Assembly (NCBI RefSeq): GCF_964204865.1
Contig: NC_135263.1
Coordinates: forward strand, 5,456,001 to 5,520,000
Reading direction: 5' to 3'
Source of the DNA: Styela clava
Lineage: Eukaryota
DNA: 64,000 bases
The translations under genes were made by a program, and so were the position numbers. The notes below the pieces were generated by a model. The model saw only the letters and a program-made list of their open reading frames with translations, had not been told where the DNA came from and did no database searches. Positions 10,721-22,700 of the stretch are shown piece by piece. Numbering within the stretch: the stretch's first letter is position 1; every line of letters begins with the position of its first letter.

Positions 10721-13700
10721 ATGGAAGATTCTGTGGATTCTAATATTTTGTTGGTTGTTCCATCATCTATTGAGGACAGTGTTCCTGTTGGTGGAGACAA
10801 TCCACTAGGTATTTACTAAATATTTAGATCAATTTTATTTCTTGCTCTTGACTGAACAATGTTTTCATCCTGTCTACTAAATATTAAAATAGGGCATGAT
10901 TACTATGAGGTATACCTACTTTTGTCAAGGATATTATAGAACACAACCTTCAACATTAGCCAATCAATGTAGTTTGTCAATGTTTCGGATTTCCGTACAC
11001 AAAATTTCACTCTTTCAAGACGAGGACTAGAAATTCTCTCGCACATAATTATGGTGAATTAAAGCAGTTTGCCTAGATCTGTTTGTGGTTTCAATACGCT
11101 GTCTATTGTCAGCTGTGTCAATGACTTCTTTATGATTTATTCAAATATGATAAAATTTACTTGTCAGGAATTTCAAGCAAAACTCTTCATCCAGCAACTG
11201 CTTCTATCTCAATTGAAGCTGGAACAGACTCATTCTCCTGTTTCCAACTGTCTGGAAGAGAGACTCAGGTATAGCATCTTATTTTATTTGATCACAATTC
11301 GATAAAATTTTTCATCAATTACCTGGCCAGTTTCAAATGAAAAAACATGTTTCTGGTACTTTTTATGAATGACCGCATGGTTTCATGTTTTAAACCTCAG
11401 TCAAGGTTTTAGCCACACCTCATAAAGCTCCAAATTTTGTATCTTGTGCTTTTTTATATATTGTGTGATTTGAATCTTGGAAGCAAACATTATATATGTT
11501 TTGTCGTACAGCACTCGAGGAAGATTTATTATAAATACTTAAAAAATGTGTTTTGTACATGAGCTTTTTGTTTCAGTCGTTATTCCACTATGACAAATGT
11601 AATTTTGAGATAGAGATTTCATAAATTGTGAATATCATATTCCTATTTTTTTATCCAAGGATTCAAAGTCAGAATCTTCTGAAAGTTTACATATTGATGA
11701 AAGAGATGTAGACATTATACCTCAATCCCCTAAAGAATTGCATATCGAATTGAGTGATACTCCAAGTGCTCATTCGAATTCTAACACAGAACCTAACGAT
11801 TCTTATCAGAATTGCGACTGTCTCGACATGGTGGGTTATTTTTCTTATTTATATACGATTCCTGTTCAACCCAAATAAGGCCTAGTACTCACTGTTGTCT
11901 ACCAATATGTGAGGAGCTATTATTTGGAAAGACCAGAATCTTTTCGGTTCGGTCTACCCTATTCAGTCGAAGACTACTTCATCTTATGCTAGGGTTGTGC
12001 AATGAATCTAACCTAGCTTGCATATGTGATCACAGCTTCATTGGCCCGCCGCACATTCGGAGAGTAATCAAAAAATAGCATTTCATGTTGTTTTATGTCT
12101 TTTTACATATTGTTACATCACTAATGTCACTGAATTGACTAGTGTTATGGCTAGTTGAGGCAACTAGCGAAGTAGAATGATGTGCTTTGCTTGGAAGTCT
12201 AAATTATTATCTGGCTTTCTATCTTTTTGGTCGGGAATATATGCTAACAATAGAAAATCTAATGCGGATTCTATTAGCCTTGGATGGCTATATCTGATAA
12301 CTATGTGTTTGCACAATAAAAGTTTTGTTTTTTATTGCACTGTTTACCTATTCTTGGCACTATTGTGGCCCGCGAGCAATGCAAAAATAATTTTGTGGCC
12401 CGCGGAGCTGGCAGCCTTGACCACCCTGGTCTATCTTATTCAGTTGAAGACTACTTCATCTTATGATAGGGTTGTGCAATGAATCCTACCTAGCTTGTGC
12501 AAGGATATGATTTCAACTCCCACAGTAAATCTATAATTTGTTCATCACAAACAGGGGGTGGTTTTGGGGGTCGAAAACCCCCCTCACCCTTTTGAAATGT
12601 CAAGAAAAGTAAAAGCATGTTTCTGTATCATACATAGCAATTTTTCGTAGCTTGAAGCACTCAAGACTCATGTACTCGCACGTTTTTCGATGTTCGGCCG
12701 GACCCGCTAGTTGTTTCGATCTAACTAGGCAAATAGAAATAGAGTGTTTTGAACGATGAGACAATAAATGATACAGGCACGGTTTTATGTAATCGAAATG
12801 GCTTGTAAAAATTTATTTTTTTATTTTTAGGATTCGGGGAAAATGTCTCCTGATTTGATGGCATCGAGTGAAGGATCACTTTCTTCATCAAACCCTGTTA
12901 TCACGTCACAACCTGATGAGTATGTTCAACAAGCTTTTCCAAGCCTGGAATTTACGTCGCCAAAGTCACAGTCCCAGAGTCCTACTTTACAACCCAATAC
13001 TGTGAATCCTTATGAAGCGGACACAGAATCATACACACCATCTGACTTCCCTCCTCCAGCGAATCTGGAAGAACCGAGTCGCTTTTCAAACTTTTTAGGG
13101 ACTTGTGCAATTGAGGACAATGGTCCTTCCCCAATCATACTAACAGCCAATACAGAAACCAATTCTGAATTGAAAGACAATAATTCAGATTTCATCAACA
13201 AAGAACTTCAGGAAAAAGGTGACCAGTCTTGTGAAAAAATAAACAATTCAACAATGGAAAATGGGAAAATACCAGCAGAATATGATCTTGATTCGAATGA
13301 TATAATTATTGAAGATGTCAACATGAGAAAAATTGAAGATGATGAAGCAGTCAATAAGGAAACAGATGAGGAGACTGCTCATGATAATGTCTCTTCAATT
13401 CAGCACGAAGGTAAGATAATATACCTTGCAGTTGAATTTTACAAGACTTTATAAGTACCTTTCCTTCATGCATTTCGGCTAGTGATTCATATGCGTATAA
13501 GCCAAGGGTGCTGCAAGTCTTAGTAACTATCAGTTGGGGTTACGCAAGACTATGAACCTATCCTTCCTCTATGCCTTTGCACTAGTGGATGCGATCTGTA
13601 TGTAGAATGGAAGAACGCTGTAGCAGGGGTAAAATTGACTTTTCTAGTCGATTCGAGAGTCTTGCTGCAGACGAATGTATTACTGTTATGTTTATTCAGA

Positions 13701-16700
13701 AAAGCATTTTCCAACTGCTAAGTATTACTGTTAAAACTGTCAAATATGCTCAACGTAGTCTGTATTAGTGTGCAGACTCTTGAATCATATAAAGTAAGAT
13801 AATTTCTTTTATTAAATGTTCTTTTATTTTGATTGCAATCTTTATTGGATTGATTAATCCTCCTATTTATCTACATTTTCCCTTATTTTTATTCTATTTT
13901 GCAGGAGTGACACAGGAGTTCACACAGGATTTAAATCTGCATCTGACCATTGAATCTCAATTGTTCGATTCTTCAAGCTTTCCTCCTGCAGATGACAGTC
14001 AATGTCTGGTGATAGATGAAGAACTAGAATCTGTTGGGACATTGGGGCTTAAGAAATCTAAATCTGGTTTTCCTGATGTGATGGAGGATGAACAAAGGGG
14101 AATCACTGAAAATGCTCGCGATCACATTCACGACAGTATTACTGAACCAAAACTTCATTCAGACTCTGGAAATGATTGTTTGACTGGTAAAAAGCAAAAT
14201 AAAAGGCCAAAATCACCTAATAGCCCTTTCCAGTCATCTGAAAATGGTTTCGAAAATGCAAGCAGTTTAGAAACAATATCTGTTACTAAAAGTATAACCC
14301 CGGAAATAGTTGATAATATACATGAAAGTACTGTTCCAAAACAAAATTTGGAATCTCAAGCTGGTTCAAATGAGAATTCTTACGGCGAAATCAAGAATCG
14401 AAATGTGGATACTCGACAATCCACTTCAATTGAATTGGAACAAAACGTAGCAGATTCTTCTGGTGCAGAACGTATGGTCACTGCACCATCTCCACATATA
14501 TTTGAATCCTGTTCAATAACAGATCATCAGCTCGTTGTAGAGAGTTCTGATTCATCATCAAAGACTGGAGGAAATAATTCAAATCCTCCCGCAACCAATC
14601 ACATGAAACATGATATAAACATAACAGGTTCTAACCATAATGAAGTCCCTCAGTCAGAGTCTGACCGAAATCCTGTAGGGTCAATCTCGAAATCGACTGG
14701 AAGTCAAGATATATCTCCCTCTATGCAAAGCACCTATATTGATGAAAACAACAACAATAATTCTCTCCAAAAGAAGCAGATTGTAGATGACACATTGGAC
14801 TCCATGGATGGTTCATTGCCGATACAAACAGGAGAATCTTACGATGCCTCTGCTGAATATTCGTCACAAGATAGGGATGAGAATCTGGTGGATTCACAAA
14901 GTTTAATGATTGGAGATTTAGAAACTCAGCCTTTTTCAATGACTCCTTTGAGAGGTATGAAATTTTTTTACTTCTTTTTGAAATAAAATTTCAATGATGT
15001 TAAAATTAAGTGCATTAACACATTGCATTATGCTAAGCCTTAGGTAAAATTTGTGCGCATATACTTACATAAATGAAAGTTTGCTGATCACATTTTTTGC
15101 TTTGTGAACTCAAATTTTGCTGCTCTATTGTTCTTCTGTATTAGTATTTGTTTTTCTGTCCTCAGGTTCAAAAATTTCGACATATGAAGATTCTCAATCT
15201 CTTATTGCAAATGGGTAAGTAGCAGTTTGAACTAAATTTTGTTTCAGATTTGTTCTGCGAGGCAAAGAAGTTGCCTGGGTTCCGTGGTCCTCAAAGCTGA
15301 AAAAAAATAAAAATATTTGTCACATTTGGTTTTGCACGCCTTATTTTGTATATTTATATTTCTTTATTTTGGATTTTTGGAACATTTTTTGGTGCTCTTG
15401 AAGTATGCGAACCAAGATGGCGGACATCGGAACGTAACATGGGTAACAGGTTAAGGTTAGGCGATAATTTTTTTCCAATTTTCCTTATTTTAGTCCTATT
15501 ATCAGTTCGAAGACTAGCCAAGAGCCTCCCGTAGTATTTATACCTAAAATTATGGCCTAACCCTAACCTAGTACACATATTACATTCCGATGTCCGCCAT
15601 CTTGGTTCGCATACTTCGGAAGCCCCCATTTTTTTTTATAATGAAACTTTTGCCTCACTATCTGTTAGTTGTAGCTTATTATTGTTAGCTAGTTGTTTTT
15701 AAAGAGGGGCGCGAGACTTGTAAAATTCTAAAAAGAGGGCGCGGCTTAAAAAGTTTGAGAACCACTGCCTCAGATGGTTTGACTTTTGGATTATTAATGT
15801 TTAGGAATATTATCAAAAACTAAAGGTTTAAAACAGTGTCAATCTTTGAATTGTAGGCGAATAGGCCTTGCCTAAAAATATTTTCGTGATAAACAGAAAT
15901 AATGAAAACATAGAGTTGAGTTACAAGAGCTAAGAAAGTTTGGTAGGCAGATCATCAAACCAGGTTTAATTTTTACAGAATATTGATTTTTTTTTAATTA
16001 CCGTAGTGTCTACAAGGAACAAGTTTTGCTTCGTGGTGCATGTGTTTGAGTGGACATCTGAATATATTGTGCAATAATGGTGAACCGTGTTGTTGAAGCA
16101 GTAATTCAAAGTGATATGCTTTCATTTTATTGAATTTACTATTTCGTGGAAGTTCACCTAATATAAAGGAAATTATTGTTAATTTACAATTTCTGAAAGA
16201 TGTGCAGTATAGGTACACACAAATAAAAACGAGAAAATTGCGCTTTTTTTTCATAGTTTTGTTTTCTGTTAAAGAATTCACGAGGTTTTGTCGCTCCCAA
16301 CAGCGCCATGACACTTCGATAAATTAAAGATATTCATGGCTACCGCACTACTTAGTACATGAGTATGTCTTGAGTTCAGCGATTCCTTTCTATGACAGCG
16401 ATAATATTCAATCATTTTAATGTCCCGTTTTGACCATGGTCGCGATTTTAGACAAAATGTTTATATGAAGCAATAAATAATGAGATTTGGAACAACTAAT
16501 TCCAGACAATTAGTTTATCGTCAAATGTAAAATTAATAAAATGTGTATAGCTAGCAATAACATAATACTATACTATTATTGACTTTGTGTTCCACACAGG
16601 ATCGGTAAACTAAGACTATAGTGAGAATAGTGAAGTGGGCCGCATGACATTAAAATAAATAGTCGGCTATTTAGCATTTATCCAAAATTTTGACATCGTT

Positions 16701-19700
16701 ATCAAAAGAATTTTTACACTACTGGCATAGTGAAATGTAAATTAGTTCGAGTTGATATGATTCAAAATTACTGTTTTTTTTTTTTTTTATCTCCGGCAGC
16801 GGCGACGGTGCGATGCCCTGTCTGCCCTGTCGACTTACTGCTTATTGTAATTCTTGCACTTGTCAAGCATGGCGTTATGTATGCGGACTCGGCCTGTGGT
16901 GTAATTTGTAATTCATTTCTACGAGGAGATTGTTTTTAGTTTCGTTCCAAACACGTATGATTTGGGTTGTGATGAAAGCTCGCTATGCCACTAATGCCAG
17001 GATTATCGAAGCGGCCTCAATTTTTGATTTAAATGTGTGCTATTATCAGCTAATCAAGTAATTATTGACAGGTTGGCGTTAGGATAAGATTGTCATAATT
17101 ATCCCGCCCAATGAGACGGCTCGCAACCGATTCGTTTTAGATGCATGGACTTAATGATAATATATACCGTAATGTGTAATCAACCAGCGATTACATGAAC
17201 AACCAACCCTACGACGACGAGAAGTCCAGCAATCCGCTCGCACATAATTATATATAACATAATTGTTTTTTCATTATATCATAATTATCATGTAAATTTG
17301 GAATACACCCAAATTTTAAAATCTTTTGCTTTTCGAATCATTCTTTTGCTCAACATTCTTGTCCGTGGAAATCCACAATCGCTAATAATGTGATGTAACT
17401 TTATTAGCAAACCGCTGATGCCGAATTCTGACGACAAAATATCACGTGATTGGAGGCGAGTCCAGACTTGTTCTTGCCCTCTGCATCGAAGCGTCTCCGG
17501 ATCCTTAACCCGTGCATCGCATTGTGTAATTTTACATGGACAAATTTAAAGATATTCGACGCAACGTGCATAATGGGTTAATACTTCAGCAATCGTACGT
17601 CCTTTAGTAAAAAAAAAGAAATAAATTAACCCGCTTGTTTCCGACGCACGAATTATTGTGACGCAGCGCTTGCGTGATAGATAGTGTATTATGAGGTTGT
17701 ATTTATTAGTTGATTAAAACCTTGAAGTTGAAATACCAGCGGCCAGACATGCGACACGTTAATTGTTTTTGTGATAATTAAATATCCAGTGACGTTATAA
17801 AACTTGTAGTGACAAAATGCTATCTTTCGCGAAATTTTGGCCCTCATAATTTTTTTATTTCAAATTTTCCGAGTTGCTGAGATTTTTTGTTTATTTATAA
17901 GTGAAGGAATTGATGTTTTAATCAGTGTAATATAATATTATGTTCAACTAAGTCTGACGATTAAGTACATTAAATTCGAACTAAGCAATCCTATGACGCT
18001 AACCTGGCCATCGTTTTATAATAGGCATCGTAAATAAATTATTTCAAGAGTTATTGTTTATTACCATGGGTTAGCTGTGAGTGTGTTGTGTGATAACTAA
18101 GTTCGATGTTAGGTATTCCGGTGCCGAGAGAGAGAGAAATAGATCTTGTTAAACAGAATAAAATGCAATTCATTTGAGTTTACCTTTGGATATTATTTTC
18201 AAAGGCCATCGAATTCGGTTATCATGCACCCAGTCAAATAAAAAATAATTATAGAAAGAATATTTTTGACCGTCATACATATTGTAATAAGGAGCATGGT
18301 TCCAGAATACATGTGGCACGTTCCATTGTTGACAAATAACAATGTAATGGGAAAAGGATTGGCGGCAAGACATATTAGAAAGTTATTTCAAACGAAAATA
18401 AAAGACAATGTTTATATATATAAAATATAAATTCATATAAATAAATAAAATGGGTTATCGCGTAAACGGCGTTATTGAAGATTTATTTTACATTATTTCC
18501 ATCGCGCACATAGCCGTGATAAATAACGATTATCTTTTTTAATTTGATGAGTGGAGACAAGCCGATTACGTTATATTGTATATAAGCGTAATTGTCGCAG
18601 TGGGATGGCGTATCGGCAGTCAGACGTCACGTGATTCGAGGTCATATATCAAATGCGTTAAGTGTATTTTGAATTAGCGCGCTTTATTGGATATTTACCG
18701 GTGTAGGTGCTTCGCGTTAGTGATTGTTGAGAATTGATGTTGATTTATTTCTGAATTTATTATAATTAAAATTACCCATTGTAGTGAAAAAACAAGCATA
18801 AAAGTTATAATCGGAAAGCGGCAAGCAAGACTACATGCAGGCATGGTTGACTGACCCATAAGGGAAGTTTTGACTTATACAAATGATAAAAACACACACA
18901 AGTCTGCAAGTATGATAATGTGGGAAATGAAATTAATAGGACAAATAGATGAAAAGTGAGAAAAGAAGGGCTCCAGGCTAAATACCATTTTCAAAATCCA
19001 AATTCACTACTGATAAGCACAAATTAATTTCGCAATAATGAGGCAAAATACATGGTAATAGGATATCACAAATACCTTCTATAGAGGGCAGAAAAAAAAA
19101 ACATCTCCAAAGCAATATTTTGCATATTAATATCAATATAAATGATCTAAAATAATGTTTAGATTTCTCATACTACTGTACTATCTCATGGGGAAAGAAA
19201 GCATCTAAAAGGGTTTTGACTTAGATTGGTTGAGTTTTAAGATATCAGTGCTTTATGTAGTGACAATGCCAGTCCTAAATTGAATTTTTGAATATATATA
19301 TTTGTGTTTTATGCAAATTCTCTTTCAGTTTGAAACATTTTTTTTTCAAATGGTAACGAAAATTTGTCAACAGTTATTAATTAAATTATTACCTATGGAT
19401 AACTGTCATCCTACTTTAGGCCTACCATGTATATTAGGTATTATGTGAGATTTTAACTGAAAAGTATTCTCAAACAATATTTCTTGTGTATCATACTTTA
19501 ATAGCATGATTTGTTATTGCAGATCTGCAAGTCCACCAACACTAGATACAGATGCAAATCTAACCGAGGATAATAAAGTTAAACATACTGATGACACATT
19601 AGTGGAAGATATTAAGGATATACTAAATGGAATTATAAATGACGTTGAAAGTCAAAAAATCGTTTCCATCTCATCTCCCATTAATCCTGTCACGGATGAG

Positions 19701-22700
19701 CGATATGAAAGGTCAAAGATCACAAGATTTAATTCTGTAAATAAAGGAAATTTAAATGGACAACTAAACAATCAAAATGTTTTGAATGAGTCTGCTTTGA
19801 AATCTTACGACTATCTCTCCCAATCTCAACCGTCCCAGGATATTCATTTGAAAACACCATTCCTCAGTCCTGTAAGTCCAGTTGTTGCAAAAGAGAAGAA
19901 ATCGGTTCGACGACGAAGTAAAGATAAAAAACAAAGAAAGGATAAACCATCTCATATGGACATGGACAGTAATAATAATAATGTCAACAACAAAGACAAT
20001 GCGAATGAAGAGCATGATAAGAGTTCCGATACTTTACCATTGGATGATAATGGTAAGGTTTGTAATTGGTCACTCAGAAACTGACCCATCTATTTACGGT
20101 ATGATAGAAAATCTTCAAATTGTTGTAGGATATCTTTATCTAACTTGTGCACTTCTCGTGATATAGCATTGCTGGTCTTTTACTAGTAGTTAGTTGAGCG
20201 TTACCATGGTGTGGTTCTCGTTTCAACCATATTGGGTTCACACACCCAGGTTTGAATTTCATTTAATATGCATGCATGTGAGAGAGGATTGCTAAGCTTT
20301 TAGGGTGTTGAAGGGTGGTTTACAGCAGTGGTTCCCAACCGCTTTTTTGCCGGTCTGTGAGAAATTTCATTGTTCTGTTGTTTTTTGCCGTCTCAATCGC
20401 TTTACCGCAGCCGAAAAGATGAAGTTGCATTGGTTTATTACACAAATATATGTTATTATTTCACGTTCTTCGCATTTCAATTATTTGCCGTCAGCGAGTA
20501 CATTTTATTTAATTTTACCGTCCGCCAGGGTAGATAGGTTGGAAACCGCTGGTTTACAGCATCTTCCATCATATAATTTCATGTACATCTCGAATGATTA
20601 ACTGGTAGCTATTATCTTATTTATACCAGACACATTCGTTTGTCATATGAATAAATATTAATCATAACCTGTCCTACCATTCAATGTCACTTTAAATATT
20701 AATTATGTTGAAAGGTGACCGTACATTTGAACCCATGCGTATATCCACGGGTTTAATCTATATGCGGGTGCTAAAACCCATGGGTTAGGGTTAGTATGGG
20801 TTTAACTATCCGTGAAACAAAAAAAATTCCATGGTGCAATAGCATACAGGTGCTATTGTCATGGGTTCAAATGTACGTGGGTTCAAATGTAATGGAACCA
20901 TGTTGAAATAATACATCTGTTTGAAATAATTAATTCTTCGTTTATTTTTAGATCAATCTCCTGGACCAGATTCTGATCCACTGATATCACCAAACAAAAG
21001 TGGGAATCATATTTTATACAGAGTAACAAGGAATGCTGTTGTTGAAACCTTGGTGAATGGAGAAGTCGTTGAAACTAAAACTGTTCATGTGAGTATGGTC
21101 ATGCTAAATAGGATTGTAAAGGAAGTCTTTAGTTTTCATGTACTTGAACACGACTGCAAAATTCCATTGATAGAATTGGACTTTTTACAATTTTGCTCGT
21201 GAAATGTGTGATGCTTGTTTGCAAATGCATTTGTTGGTCATTATGTAGATTATTATATGATTTGTGCACTGTGCTATAGCGAGATGTGCAGAGAAATTTT
21301 TTCAATGGCCCATAAAACAAATTTAAACATTCAGATTTAAACTTCCAACTCTGTGTAGAGATTTATTTACATAGTTTTTTTATTCATGTATGGTTCTGTG
21401 TAATGAACAGGCCTATTTTGTAGAATTTTAAGATGAATAGTGTTGCTTCACTTGAAATCTTGAACAGTAAACACTTAGCAATAATTGCAAGCTTCAAAAA
21501 TAAATAAATTGTAAATTATGATCCTTTGTGTTTAGAGTAAGAATTTATGATTTTCGATTCTACTGTTTGCTTATGTATAATTTTGATGGAAATGTAATTT
21601 TATCCTTAAAGATAAAAGCACTCAGATTACTTATTCCAAAATGTTCATTTCTACCAGAAACGACCAAAATATTATAAAACAAATCCATACCATCACACAT
21701 CATCTCAATCTTCAAATGGATCGGGATATCTTGCAGACACAAGCTCCATATCAAGAACTTCATCTGATTCTTCCACACAGACTCAATTGAGCAATTCACC
21801 AGGTATCTGAAATGAAACGTAATACGACTATTCTTGGGTACATGTACTGCTCATTTAGTTTATATGAGGGTGGTCAATGGTTGCGAGATTGAAGGGCTGC
21901 AATGCCTTGCGGTGTTAGTAGGCCTAGTGCTATTATCAAAGAACAACCAAGTTCAGGCCAAAAAAACGGGATCACGCTGTGCGAAATCAGATCAGATAAC
22001 ATTTCGTCACTGCTATCATATGGCCCACATTTAGAGGTGTGTTTTTAAATACATACGAGTATCTGCCAATGGTTCAGTGTACTAAAAAAATATAGTGCAG
22101 GCCGCACGGAATGGGTCCAGGGTTTGGACCACTCTGGTTTAGATACATACATATTGGATCAGGAAAGTCTTCACATAACGCACCACTCTTGTTTGGCACT
22201 TACATGTCCTGTGTAGCCCAATATGCCCTCTATGGGAATGACATTTAGGACTGTATTCACATCCCTGGCTGTTTTTAAAGGTTCTATCAATGAAAGACAC
22301 AGTTTTCTTAACATCTTAACTCTTGACTTTTCTAACTGTCTAGATTTGAAGCCCAGATCTCAAGCATTTGTTTGAACTGGTTTATAAGGGCTTTTTTTCT
22401 TCATTTTTATTCATTATTTCATTGAAAAAATAATCATTTTGTGAAGACATTAAACTCTGAAAATGACAACTTTTGAAAAGAAATTGAATAATATTTTCTG
22501 CATTATATCTATATACTGGTAATATTTTCACTTCAGGTCGCCAAACAAGACGGACAAGCCATGACCCTGTGCCACTGACAACTGAGCTCAGTGGTGGAAG
22601 CAGCTCAAGTTCGAATTCATCCAGTGTCTTCCTGATTCCTGGATCCAGTGTTCACCCTCCAAGATCCACAAAATCATTAAGGGAACACCAGAATTTTTCA

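Noticed and set aside
15346-15629. Mirror-image ORFs on both strands (EVCEPRWRTSE)
   Set aside because: Artefact of the MITE's inverted repeats
16025-16102. Possible pre-miRNA hairpin
   Set aside because: Pairing is mostly G-U with mismatches, and I recognised no conserved miRNA seed
20782-20795. Interstitial telomere repeat (ggttagggttag)
   Set aside because: Only two units, and it always occurs as an internal part of MITEs
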